DNA of 60,069 bases, filler included, from Asterionella formosa (lineage: Eukaryota): the NCBI GenBank assembly GCA_002256025.1. It is 9 parts of 9 records of this genome, joined end to end, with 100 filler letters (N's around TTAATTAATTAA, not from the genome) between each part and the next. Parts side by side here need not be neighbours in the genome. Positions count along the whole stretch, not along the records: positions 6,700 to 13,295 come from NKIB01012663.1; positions 13,396 to 19,990 come from NKIB01012664.1; positions 20,091 to 26,677 come from NKIB01012665.1; 6 more parts are not named here. The stretch is one strand, 5' to 3'. Every line of letters starts with the position of its first letter. Positions within the stretch are counted from its first letter, which is position 1. Of the stretch, positions 12,850 through 25,447 are shown one piece after another. The notes below the pieces were generated by a model. The model was not told the DNA's origin and searched no databases. It was given only the letters and a program-made list of their open reading frames with translations. Made by a program: the position numbers and the translations under genes.

Positions 12850-13295
12850 TTAGCGAAGCCCACCAAAGTAGTTGAGCCAAGCCAGAAGAGATTTAGAAAT
12901 AAAGGACAGAAGGATAAATGCAATTTCTCCTTCGATGTAGTCTTCGAACCTCCCTTTCTTTGCACTTTGCAAATATAACAGCAGAGCGAAGGTACCATCG
13001 AGTGCAAAGATAATGAAAATAATAAACCAGACAAAAGATGGAGGATTGCCTCGTATGACAGAAGTAAAAAAGAAACAAAAGATGATTGCCCAGCTAGCCA
13101 GGTGTGGAACACAAGCCACTGCAAAAGGAAACCAATTTTGTTTGTATCCGTCTGCTCGGGCTTGGGCATTGACGGATTCATGGCAGCCGCCCAACAACAT
13201 GGTGGTAGCTGTCAAGCAGAAAATGGAAAATAAAGTGGAAATGTCTGTCACACCGGAAAGCTGAGCTATCATGATGCGCATCAAGGAAGCCGAAA
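12850..13295 (-). CDS. Heliorhodopsin, C-terminal part (helices C-G); 5' end cut by contig end
   Basis: SASLM...AQLSGVTD (helix C), WFPF, PPSFVW, YLQ...G+FEDYIEGE, LLSFISKSLLAW (SxxxK retinal lysine, codon 12892-12894). Confidence 0.9.
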
Positions 13296-13395
13296 NNNNN
13301 NNNNNNNNNNNNNNNNNNNNNNNNNNNNNNNNNNNNNNNTTAATTAATTAANNNNNNNNNNNNNNNNNNNNNNNNNNNNNNNNNNNNNNNNNNNN

Positions 13396-13747
13396 CAGGC
13401 ATCTTGCTGTTTGACGAGGACGGAGGCTCTTCCATTCCCATGATTTCTGCAAACATACTCATTAGTGCCTTCACTTCTTGTTCACTGCAAGGCTTTTGAG
13501 CCGAAGCGGCAGCGGTGGCAGCGCTCAGATCCCCCGATTGCGCCAGGGCAGCCAAATCCAGAGAACCAAAGGAGAGAGAAGCGGAGTTGTTGCGTTTGTT
13601 ATGTTTTGCCTTTTGCGCGAGTTGCGAAAAGTAATGGGCAGCTATGTCAGGTGGAATCGGGGGAGGAAATCCCTGCTGCTGCTGTAGTTGCTGCTGCTGT
13701 TGCTGCGGCTTACGAGGAGTAGTCTTCTTTTTGGAACCCTTGGACAT
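13396..13747 (-). CDS. 5' fragment of an unknown protein with polyQ
   Basis: ORF MSKGSKKK...QQQQQQ...EQEVKALMSMFAEIMG is open to the contig end. Confidence 0.65.
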
Positions 13748-14208
13748 TATCGCGTGTAGTGCAGTGAAATACAAGCAATGCACTGATGTACCATGAAGCA
13801 AGGTTCTTCTAAACGAACCCCGACGGTTGTTTCGTGCTACACTTTGTTTCCTTCAATTCAACGCTTTCACTGAACTTCCTGTGATAGGGTTGTTGAATGA
13901 TGATTCAGCTCAAATTGCGCAGTAGTTCAGGAATAGAACGAGAACAGCGACCTTTATGCAAAGAACAAGAACACCCTGCTTGGCGAAGAAAATACACCGG
14001 CGTTGTTGGTGTGCAGTCAATACTAAATGATTTGAGTACAATAAGCAATATATACTATTCACGTGTAGAGTGCACCAATTCCGTACTACCGGTAGTCATG
14101 TATTGTTGGGTTTGAACGATCGTCAGGGAGCCAAGAATTCGTCGTCACCATGCTACTGACCTACTGAGTACTGGGACTAGATACGGTAATAATGCGTGCT
14201 CATGGTGC

Positions 14209-14790
14209 TGGTACCTAGTACGTGGTACCAGGTACGTATTACCCTCATACCAGGTACACTACATATCACCTCCTGCCTTCCAAGAAAGTTGCTGTTAGAG
14301 ACGGTTCTTACTATAAGGAAAAAATAGCTAATTTTCTATTTTATCGCAACTGGCACAGGTATCACGGTTCCACACCGTTGCGCGCCATCACTTCCTGCGA
14401 CCCTAAAAAGATAGTAGTCTACCTGGTAGGAACCTGAAAATCGTAGGAGTCTAAGCTAACCCGGAGAATGCAGCCATCACCGGAATGATTATTTTCAAAC
14501 AGGCGAGGGAGTAGAAGTACCTGGTACCTGGTACCAGGTGCCAGGGTACCAGACCGTATTAATCAAGAACTGCTGCCTGGCGGGGCTGACGTTCGCTTGT
14601 TGTTCAGCATACGTATCTGGTACCAGTACAGGCTACCTGGCACTACCTGGTACCAGGTACCAGGTACCTCTGACCCCGGTCGTACATATGGTACCAGGTA
14701 CCCCCCTACCACCGGGAGTCGTAACAACCTCGTGTAAAAGGTACCTGCTACCGTGGTAGCTGGTACCTGGTAGCTTGTGCCAGGTACCTG
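14209..14790. repeat. GGTACC/ACCTGGT simple-repeat cluster
   Basis: Many GTACCTG/GTACCAG units, for example 14517-14550 and 14645-14668. Confidence 0.7.
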
Positions 14791-14904
14791 AGGTTAGGCC
14801 ACTTGCTTACTGGTCGGGAAATCTTATGCATGGTGATCACCACTTAGTGACGTACTAGGTTTTTTTGCTAATTTTTAAAAAAATAAGGAAACGTCAAGAA
14901 AACA

Positions 14905-15030
14905 CAGCAATGACCAAGGCAATTGAGGGGTGGCCAGAAGCAAAAGTAAGCAAGTCTCGCCTATGCTGCTTTATTCTCTCCAAACTCAAAATCAAATCCT
15001 TTTCTGGCCAAAGTGATGAAACAACCTATC
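14905..15030 (+). repeat. Dispersed repeat shared with ~48535-48665 (reverse strand)
   Basis: Shared TGCTTTATTCTCTCCAAACTC...CCTTTTC.GGCCAAAGTGATGAAA.AACC. Confidence 0.7.
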
Positions 15031-16106
15031 TTAATCAACAGTTTTCAGAGTTGTTGGGATTGGAAATTCGTAACTGCCAGCATCATCATTCTCTAGCAAT
15101 GACCCGACATAACTATTATAGACTACCAGTGTGTATTTACAGTACATACGCATGTTATGTATGCATGTATACTATACACTATACACTACATCTGCCAACC
15201 GTTGACTATGCATAATGAAGATATTACTACTGTAGTAGTAGTATACCAATCCTGATGTTATTTACCGGTATACTGGTACCTGTACTGTATTGACTGTTGA
15301 CTAGGAGTACAAATATGGTACCTGCCTTCGCAGCGACCTTTTCTTCCATTAATGCCAATTGACCGGAAAAAGTAGTTGTAGATGCAGAATGTGCAGACGT
15401 GGCGTCGCTACCACCAAAACTAGAAGGACCAAAGCCAGAAATTTTGGCAGCGATGCGCTTGTCCAAACTATCCACCTGATTCTCCCCAAAGTATAATGAA
15501 GACAATAGTATTCCGGTACCAGGGTACTTACTGGTACTAGCTAGGTAAACAATTTTGAAATCTCATGACCATCACGCTTCCATCATTCCCATCTCACAAT
15601 GACTCCATTTTGCGGCGTCTATTCAAGCAATCAAATCTAAGCTAATAATAACTTCTTTCACATCATTTGCTTTGATTAATCATGTCATTGTTTAGTCGTC
15701 TTTGTAGTCGTTGTACAGGTACTGTGAAAGTGTGAAATCTGCTGATAGCATCGTCGTTTTAACTGTGAATCTAGTATAAATTAATCATTAAAAAGTGCGT
15801 GATTGGCAATTTCAATTTTCGTTGTCAATATTAGAGTTATTAGAACTATTCGTTTTTGATTGAATTTTGTATATTGTGCTTAATATATGTACCCAATAGC
15901 AAAGCATTGTTCTTATTTTTCATGGATATTTTTCTTAATTTCGTCATGGTCAAGGCTGAGACAACATGATGCACCATGCATACTGCAGCCGCTCATGATG
16001 ACGATTACACAGTCAATTCATACTACCAGTGCCATACCGGTAAATATATTATAGTATATAGAAAAGGATCGAAAAATCTAAGCTAAATTATTATATAGGT
16101 ACCAGG

Positions 16107-16301
16107 TGAAGTATCTAACTAGAAGTAGTAGTATTTGTTGAATATATGAGCTTATTAATTAATCCTTCTGTACAACTCATTTCCTGAACTGACATCAAAG
16201 TATAGAATGGGTGTTAGTCAAGTTCTCTCATTATTGAATTCCGATATATTTGATATAACCCTAACCCTATATACATCTGTATCGATGTGCAGGATTGCTC
16301 A
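16107..16301 (-). repeat. 195-bp 3' LTR (TG...CA) of a Gypsy element, preceded by a polypurine tract
   Basis: Minus strand: integrase tail RRIKPFHR*, purine tract GTGGGAGAG (16310-16302), then TGAGCAATC...GATACTTCA. Partial copies at 11029 and 31144. Confidence 0.88.
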
Positions 16302-19300
16302 CTCTCCCACACTTGAGGGAAAACTTTTTACCTATGAAAAGGTTTGATACGACGAATATAAATTCGTTCTGTAATATGCATAGTAGCAATACGCCAAGTA
16401 TCTCCTGGATTCTTCACAAAACATATTAAAATTATTTCATGAAAATTGATAGAAGAAATTTTTTTAATGGATGTGTTTGCTGATTGAGAATCAATTGTAT
16501 ATCCAGAAATTGTCTATCATGCATTAAATTATAATCCAGAGGATATTGAATATTGTCTGTCAAGATGGGATGAATAAGTAAACATGTAAGCAAAGGTTCA
16601 TCATCTAATTCAATTGAAAAAGTAGAAGTGGAAGTTGATGTGGGAGAATTCGTTCCAATATCAATATCATCCCCCACCAAAGACTCAAGCCTCGGGAGGC
16701 GAGAGATGGAATCTGCAATTGCATTGTCAGTCCCTTTCACGTAGTGAAAAGTAGGATGATATTCTTCAATGTAAAGTCTCCATCGTAGAACACGTTGAGT
16801 ATGTAAAGTATTATAAATAAGATTTCGATGATCAGTGTGAACATGTAGAACTGCGCCCAATAACATAGAGCGAAATTCTTTGAAAGTTTCTACCACAGAA
16901 AGTAATTCTTTTTCAAAATAGTAGTATAATTCTTTTGAGCAGCAGATAATTTGCGAGAATAATAAGCAACTGGGAGATCATTTTGCATAATGACCGACCC
17001 TTATTGATAATCAGAGGCATCAGTAAAGATATGAAAAGGAAGATTATGGTCAGGATAACGCATGAGTGTATCTGCAGCTAGCAATTCTTTCATTTCTTCA
17101 AAAGCTTGTTGATGGATAGGTAACCAGACAAATGGACTAGTTCCAATTAAATCAGTAAGTGGTCCAAGAACATGAGATCGTCTAGGAAACATGTCTCGAT
17201 AGTAAGTAACAGCACCGAGAAATGATCGAACTTGTTTAAGATTGGTAGGTGAAGACATATTTATCAATGCTCGGACCTTTTTAGACCAAGGTTTCAGTCC
17301 ATTAGGAGTTAACCAATAGCCTAACCAATCTGTCTCTTGGACGGCCCATTCATACTTGGATGGATTAATTGTAAAACCATTTGCCTGTAAACGATGTAAA
17401 ATAGTGTCCAATAAATGAAGGTGATACGAAAAATTCATTGAAAAACAACCCACATCATCAATATAAATTTCCACATCATCTAAATCACTAAGGATCTGTT
17501 CCATAGTTTCTTGTGCAATATCAGATGATTATTGTTTCACCCCCATAGGGAGACGTAAATATTTATATAAACCAAACGGAGTGGAAATAACGCACAAGTT
17601 TTGACTCTCCACATCTAACGCAAAAGTATAGTATTGCATGGAAACATCCAATTTGGTGAAAAATACATATCCAGCACGTTAAGTGAGAATAGTTTGTATT
17701 CGAGGCAAAGGGTATATATTGCGATTGATGACTTTATTGAGTTCACGAAAATCTGATACCCATCGGATACTTCCATCCTTTTTTGTAATAATAAAGATGG
17801 GAGATGCCCATTTAGAAGCACCACATTTTTGTAGGACTCCAACATCCCATAATCGTTGTAATTCTGTTTTGAAAACTTCTAAATGAATATAAGCGACCGG
17901 ATATTCTCGTTGATGACGAGGGACAGCAATTGATAATAATTCCAAATGTACCTGTTTATGAGGATAGACTTTTAATTTGCCATCAAATAATGTTTGATAT
18001 TTAACCAATATAGCTTGTAAACATGATCGTTGTATTGTTGTCAAATGTATCTGTTTATCCACCACTGTATCAATATTTACGTAATTATATTCAGCAGCTT
18101 TAATTTCCAGCGCATATGAAGATTCCACAATCATAGGTGCATCAAAATATAATAATACATCTCGTAAACGTTCTCCATCATCAAAGAATGTGAGAGGATG
18201 CATAGGAACAATCATATCCATACAGGACACGTTGTTATTTACGAAATCAATGGTTAAACCAACTTGACGGAGGAAATCACGTCCTAAAATAACATCAAAT
18301 GTGCATAGACCATTAAAGACTTGACACTTTTGTTGTAAAATATGAGCGGATCGATTAAATTCTGGTAAAATCAGGTCATATAGCATGACACTGGCATGAG
18401 ATGAATAATTACCAGCTATGGTATGTATTAATTGGGAAGTCTCCTCAGACAAAGAAATACCTTGAGGCATAACCCGTTCATGGTGTATTAAGGATAACGA
18501 TCCTCCACTACTCGTAGTATTTTATGTATCGGTATATTATCCACCAATTTTGGCGCTAAAAGGGACATCGGAATCAAATCAATTGATGTTTATATATCCT
18601 TAGAAGAAAACAGGAAACCGGAATTGGTCCCTGATATGTATGTGGAACATCATGTCGATCAATACAGTTATATATATCCCGCGTTACAGCAACAGCAGTA
18701 TCCATAGTGTATTCAACCTGTCAGTAAACAATTTTATTCAGGTGATGACTAACGTGAGATATACTCAACGAGTCATTATAAATAGCATCGCTATTATCGC
18801 ACATATCTCTGTGATGGCGATCAGCAATCTGCTGTTGTGTAGTAGGGACAAAAGTCACTATCTGACCAGCAGGAGCGAGGGTTCGTGACCACTGAAATTT
18901 CCTGGGCAGATGTATTCTCGGTAGGATCGGCACGTGGCGCGGTACTCCAACCAGATGGATGAGTATTATGACCCCATGCATTTGTCAGTATGGTAGCTTT
19001 CCGTAGGATTACTGTGTGAACCGCCTCCACGACCACCAAAATGTCCTGGTCTACCAAAACTGGAACGGCCATGTCCATTATGACGACCAGCCATGCGACC
19101 TGCTCGACCACCTTGAGTACGAGGATTCTGAAAACAATTGCCCCAAGCATGTGCACCCTTAGGATGTACCGGGCAAGGACCACGATAATCATGGTAACGT
19201 ACGACTCGCTTGTAGAGCTTGATGACGAACAGTCGCCTGATGATCCCATGCGCGTCCGGCTGCATTGAAAATAGCACGCGCTCTTCCACGACCACTTGGA

Positions 19301-19607
19301 GTAAAATTATCGTTGTAGAATTGACGACTGACACGCTCGTTTTCTTGACGCATCACACGATTGCCTTCGGCAATACGAAGACAATTTTGTGTGATTGTTT
19401 GGAAACTGTTCTTGGGAAGATGCTTGTTTCGGTCCTTAAACGATTGTTGACTCTCGAAGTAAGCGAGAACCGAGCGAATCGATTGGTCTGAAGTCTTCGC
19501 ATGATTTAATTCAAACTCTTGTTGCCACTCATGGGGCATAGAACGGATAATGATAATCCGTATATCTTCTTTTGACAATCCGTTTTGATCTTCTGGATGA
19601 GGCATCA
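16107..19607 (-). mobile_element. Degenerate Ty3/Gypsy retrotransposon (gag-PR-RT-RH, integrase core deleted)
   Basis: Gag knuckle CPVHPKGAHAWGNC, protease region (FDVILGRDFL), RT (DFRELNK, YIDD), RNase H ([15 protein letters not shown]); multiple frameshifts. Confidence 0.95.
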
Positions 19608-19990
19608 TCTGCAAATGAAAAGTATCATGCATATAGGATCAAGGGTATTGTACGCTAAGTGGCACAGGATTTTCGTGTATATGATAATTTTTGGATCAAA
19701 AATATGATCAAGGTATCTTGTAACTATGATGATTTATTCATATTTTACCAACCTTGAAGTATAATGATAATAAGAACATTATCATCACACACTGTATATA
19801 AACTGATCAACAACATTTCCCATCAATATCATAAACCTTCTCATATTATTTTCACTTCTCGTGATCGCCCGATGTAAATTATAACTACAATGTATCCTAA
19901 AACCAGCTACAATGTATATAAAGTGATCAACAACATTTCCCATCAATATCATAAACCTTCTCATATTATTTTCACTTCTCGTGATCGCCC
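19608..19990. repeat. AT-rich dispersed repeat truncating gag; internal 120-bp-period duplication
   Basis: Reverse-complement match to ~47322-47570; 19793-19870 is repeated at 19913-19990. Confidence 0.8.
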
Positions 19991-20704
19991 NNNNNNNNNN
20001 NNNNNNNNNNNNNNNNNNNNNNNNNNNNNNNNNNTTAATTAATTAANNNNNNNNNNNNNNNNNNNNNNNNNNNNNNNNNNNNNNNNNNNNATACCTTTGA
20101 TCATAGTAACATATTGATCATATGATGAACAGTGTCGTTGATGAGAAAATTAAAGATCAAAATTTCTTTTCAAGAATCAGGATCAATTGATCTTAAAAAT
20201 ATGATCAAATGATCCTAAACACATGAGCATATTCAGTTTCCGCTGCACTATTGTGGTATTTCCATGATAGAAATAATTCCCAGCAAGTATACAGTACTAC
20301 CGGTAGTAGGCCATATGAATTTTGGTCAATATGTCTATAAACATAAATGTATGATTTCGACCATTTGAAAAATTGGTGATGACTCCCATTTATTAGCTAA
20401 GGGGCTTAATTAAATCAGCCACTTACTTGTAGGTACAAGAATTGACACAAAACAAATTGAAAAAATTCAACAGGTCGTCGAAAACTATGAACTAATCATG
20501 CATTGTATATATTTGAATTATGTATAATCAAAATTGATATTAGTATACACAGGATGTGCCGTATAATGAGCGTGTTTAAAACTATGCAAATGTTCAACTA
20601 CTATATATACATTTAAACTTTTTACAAATCTTTATATACATGTATTCATGGCTGAAACATTTGAAATCATGTTTTCATGTTGCTTGTCATGCATACACTT
20701 TGCT

Positions 20705-20951
20705 CCTGAAATGAAGGATTATCACACATGATGACGCAGAAAACGAAAGTGATAATACAGCACAATGTTACTTGCGGCTTAGAAGAGAAGGGCGGAATCA
20801 ATTGATGGTAAGAAGTCAAGAGCCTTTCATGTTCCTTGTCACGCATCCACTTACTGAAATGAAGGATCTCAAGCAACACATGATGCGAAAAACTGAAGTG
20901 ACAATACAGCACGATAAGAATGAGTGAATATGATGGAGAAGGGCGGAATCA
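20705..20951 (+). repeat. Degenerate tandem duplication (~150-bp period)
   Basis: CTGAAATGAAGGAT...ACACATGATG...AATACAGCAC...GAGAAGGGCGGAATCAA occurs twice. Confidence 0.65.
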
Positions 20952-21753
20952 ACAAGCTGTGCATAGTAGCATCACGGTTTATCAAGAGCAAATGCCAAGA
21001 TGATCAATTGCTGGGATTAAAAATACGGAATGACTCGTTCCCTTTCAGTGATTCAATAGCTCCTTTTCGATTTGGTGGCTGGCCAACCATCAATGTGGAC
21101 AAAAGAAATTGGTAAGTGCTGCCTATCAGCCATCTTTGGATCAATCTACAACTGTTAGAAAAACTGACACATATGTGTTGCTTATTTCAGGATAATGGTA
21201 GACAAACAGTATTTGTAAGTTACAAAGAGCAGTGTTGGAGCCCATTTATTGATCGATACTTGGCTTCTCATTCAATCTTCAACTGACACATTCTTTTACA
21301 GAAATATGCATCAGTTACTTCCTCAATTTTTGGTAAGTCAAGATAGAAGCGAAATGCATGTTGTTGTGTAAGCAAAACACTAACAGGTAACAATGAATTG
21401 CTTCTCTTTGTTAGTATGGCTGATTGGAACAACGAAACGGATTCAATAGTAATAGGAAAAAGAGTGAATGCAAACTCAGATCTGTCAGGAGTGAATGAAA
21501 CAAAGCAGGGGAACAACAGCAAGGCAACCAGTACAACAACCTTCAGAATTGGATTGGGGGAATGTGGAAGTAAAAGCTGAAGCACCAATCATTGCGATGA
21601 GAGCATTGTAGAACATTCTGTAGCCACTTAAGATATAGAAACATAAAACCATTTTTAAATATAGTTCTAAATTTCGATCAAATTTCATCCTATTTTAGAC
21701 ATTAATATCGATGTCCTCCTTGGGTAGCAGTCTATATAGTAAACAATAAAGCA

Positions 21754-22330
21754 TTGATCTCAAGAATAACAAAATGGAAACATAGGGGACCATCTATCAC
21801 TCTTAGTCCGGATCATGATCTGATACAGGCAGCAATGACCATATCACTCAAACATCGGATTGACCTACTACAAGTATACCATGTTCGCTCTCATCAAGAT
21901 GAGGAGGAGGAATACGCCAACCTCCCATGGGAGGCAAAGCTAAATGTCGATTGTGACACTCTAGCGGCCCTGGCAAGGAAGTGCGCTTGGTGCATGAGCA
22001 GAAAACCAAAATCATATCAACTTCCTCCAGGTCATCGCCGGGCAACACTGCAACTGGGATTGACATGGGTGATGACGAGTGACCTACCCACAGCAATCAA
22101 AGAAGAGGTATACCGTTCTGAAATGGAGGGTTTTATTATGGAAAGGACAGCATGGCATTCGAGGGAAATATTTGACATGGTGGATTGGAAAGCCAGAGCT
22201 CGAGCGGGCCAGCAAATCAAGGGCGCCATACGCACATCAATATTCAAACTCGAATTTAATATATTTGCGACAATGAAAAACGAAGACAAAACGGGCACTT
22301 CAACGATGGTAGATGTCCTCAGTGCTTATT
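21754..22330 (+). pseudogene. Non-LTR retrotransposon RNase H / C-terminal relic
   Basis: PDHDLI...HVRSHQD...LPWEAKLNVDCDTLA and FDMVDW motifs typical of RNase H-bearing stramenopile LINEs; no RT domain present. Confidence 0.75.
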
Positions 22331-23355
22331 CTGTCATTAGAATCATTGCTGACAAATTATGGAAAGAGATGGTCCTATTAGTATGATTGAACAATCATAC
22401 TTACAATATAAACTGATCATATTTATACCCATAAAAGTATCATGTAGTGAAAATGCTGTGCTACCACTTGGCATACAATACCCTGATCCTACATACATGA
22501 TACTTTTAATTTGCAGGCCACAAACTGTCCTCAAGTACTAATAAGCGGCTTAGATGTACATTAATGTCAGTAAAATTCACATGCTTTTGCCTTGTGGTTG
22601 ATTTGATGATACATGATTGATTGTATGTCCAGTAATGAGCTACTAGTATCTGCCATTGAACGATTTTCAAGCTGACTTCATGATCCCAATGAGCACTTCA
22701 GCTTGGCATCATGCAAGAACATGATAGAGCTGCAAGGACTATCAACAGCACAAAGCTGATCATACAAAAGGCAAATTGCTACAATTTCAGCTGCACATCT
22801 ACTTTTGTTATGATGCCTCCCTTAGTAGAATGTCTGGATTTGTTGTTGATTCCTTCCAATTGTAATTCTTCAAATGGGCAAGTCCTTCTTGGTCATAAGC
22901 CTTAGATTGGAAAACCCAGAACTGGAATAGAAAGCCACACCCAATTCAGAAAACATCATGGGGCATCCCCAGGAATGCCAATGACAGTAATTGCCCGTTA
23001 TTTGGTTGTCATTTTTGATGATATTTTCGAACCAGTCCAGCCTAGTACCGGTATGGTTTGAAGCAAGTGTAGTTTGGGCATGTACCCAAAACAGGTTCCT
23101 TTGCTTCTGTGTTTTGAACAATTTTGACCCCAAATTACAATTCCAAATTGGGGTAGTTTGGTTTCCCTATAATTTCGTTTTCTGTAAAGACAACAACGGC
23201 ATCAGATGCATTGCGTTTGGAAAAAGTCACCCTCGGTCTTTGTGCCTCTTTTATGATCACGGAAATCATGTGTCATCGCGTTTCCCCGCTTGGCTGGGTT
23301 CTTGCGGGCTTTTTACGCATAAATTATAAACAAAGCAAAACGAAATCGTCAGATC

Positions 23356-25133
23356 ATGGTGACAGCTACGGGCAACACGGTTGCTTCCTCAAGGAGTGAT
23401 ACGAGTGCTTCTCCAGCATCTCTGCAACAAAATGCTCCCAGTGCGCAGCATGCTTCACCGAGGTACAACTATTGGTTGGCATTTTTCACCTTCAGTTTGA
23501 TTATGGTTAATTCATCAATTGCAGCAGTAAGTCATTCCCTGCGACATCGTAAAATTCCATTTATTATTTGTTGGTCTCGAAGGTTTCGGGTGGGTACCTT
23601 CGTACATTCTATCACTCAGACCACTCATATGTGTATTCCCTGTTTGAAACAAAGATTGACAGAGTCCAGGTCTCCAATCGAGGCGTGGCGAATCAAAAAT
23701 GGGCCGTCAGCTGCTCCATGATTTCGTTTCTGGTTAGCTTGATTGTAGTCATTGTCCACTCATCGCCCATCGGTAAAATTTTATTTGTCGGCTCCAAATC
23801 GGAAGGCACCATTTGCTTCGTTATGGTTATGTTATGGAGTGCTTTAGTCGCTGTCATTTGTGATGTTTCCAATGGATTGGCGGTAGATGAGAGAGGAAGT
23901 GTAACTTTTGGGAACTTATATTACTTTGGATGGGCCGGCTTCGCCTGCGCTATATTGCTCTTTATAAATTTCATGAAAACTGTTCATTCCTTTGATGCCA
24001 GAGAAGAATTGACAAGGCGCGGCGATCGATTGAATTTGTGGGTGGCAACTTTGACGTGCGGTTTGGTCTTGATGAGCAGTGCTGCCAATTTGTATGACTT
24101 TTACTGCGAAACAGACAAAACGGGAAAGATATTCTGCAATCGATCCCTCTTGGCGATCCTAATGGGAAGCTCGGCTGCTATTGGGAGCATTGTTGTGATT
24201 GGCATCAAGTCCGCCACGGGCACTTCGCCCTTTGGATTGGAATTTTCCATTGCCATCTTGTTGTTTTTGGCCAATTGTTTCTCGTTGGGGCTAGTCACTA
24301 ACGAAGATGGGCCCGGGGCGAAAATCGGAAATTTATTTTATTTCTCTTGGTTTTCCTTGATCTTTTCGTTTCTATTGGTGGCTTCCTGTTATGAGCACTA
24401 TTCAGCGTCAATGGAAACAGCCGCGAAGGAACTCGAACTGTTTGACAAATTCAACTCTAGAGAATATACAGAAGGCGAAGGATTCAGCAAGGCACTTTAT
24501 GATGGCGAATATTCTAGAAATCCCAAAGGTACTTATGATGACGATTCATCTGTTGCAAGCGGCTATCCGTCGAAACGACAGGGTGGCTACTTCGACGACC
24601 AATCTGTCGCGAGCGGCTACCCGTCTAAAGAAAAGAGAAGTTACTATGACGATCCTTCATTGGCTAAGGGTTATCTTCAGAAGTCAAAGGTCGGTAGTTA
24701 TTATGAAGATGATCCTTCAGTTGCAAGCGGGTATCCTCAGAAACCCAAGCGTGGTGGTTACTATGGTGACGATCAAAAGGTCGTGAGGGAATATCCTCAG
24801 AAGCCCAAAAGTTACTACGATGACGATCCTTCAGTTGCAAGCGGGTATCCTCAGAAACCTAAGAGTGGTGGTTATTATGATGATGATTCCTCAGTCCTCA
24901 GCGAATATCCTCAGAAACCCAAAGGTGGCGGCCACTACGATGATGATCTTTCAGTTGCGAGCGGGTATCCTCAGAAAGCTAAGAGTGGTGGTTATTATGA
25001 TGATGATCCCTCAGTTGCAAGTGGTTATCCTCAGAAGCCTAAGAGTAGTGGATATTATGATGATGATCCCTCAGTTGCAAGTGATTATCCTCAAAAGCCT
25101 AAGAGTGGTGATTATTATGATGACGATCTCTAA
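23356..25133 (+). CDS. Multi-pass membrane protein (duplicated GNLYYFxW module) with Tyr/Asp-rich repeat tail; intron 23527 to 23654 or 23669
   Basis: About 8 hydrophobic segments with GNLYYFGW and GNLFYFSW; GTAAGT donor at 23527 with two in-frame AG acceptors. Confidence 0.8.
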
Positions 25134-25200
25134 GTTGCAAGCAGGTATCCACAATCGATGCACAACAGCCAGTACGACGACGAACCATCTGTTGTCAGCG
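24530..25200 (+). repeat. Coding minisatellite, ~60-bp unit (GGYYDDDPSVASGYPQKPKS), about 11 copies
   Basis: Directly visible GATGAT...TCAGTTGCAAGCGGGTATCCTCAGAA units. Confidence 0.92.
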
Positions 25201-25447
25201 ACTATTATTCAAGGTAGCCCAAACCTAACTAAGACGTGCAGAATTCGTAGAATGAGGATGGCGACCATCCACAAAAACCAATGTCGTCGTTGTATTTCGC
25301 GCTGCTCGATGGTGGATAAGATTTCTATGTAATTCCGCTCGTGGCAGTAATTGTATAACAGTGCTTTATTATTTCATACAGACTCTTCTCATACGAATTC
25401 TTCCATGCAATTTGGTTTCTCCCGAGTTTAGCAATTGGCTTACGCGT

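Noticed and set aside
24530..25200. CRISPR-like periodic array
   Set aside because: In-frame coding minisatellite with no unique spacers and no cas genes, in a eukaryotic context.
25131..25319. Stop-codon reassignment suggested by in-frame stops
   Set aside because: Conserved genes here end normally at TAA, TAG and TGA and have no internal stops.
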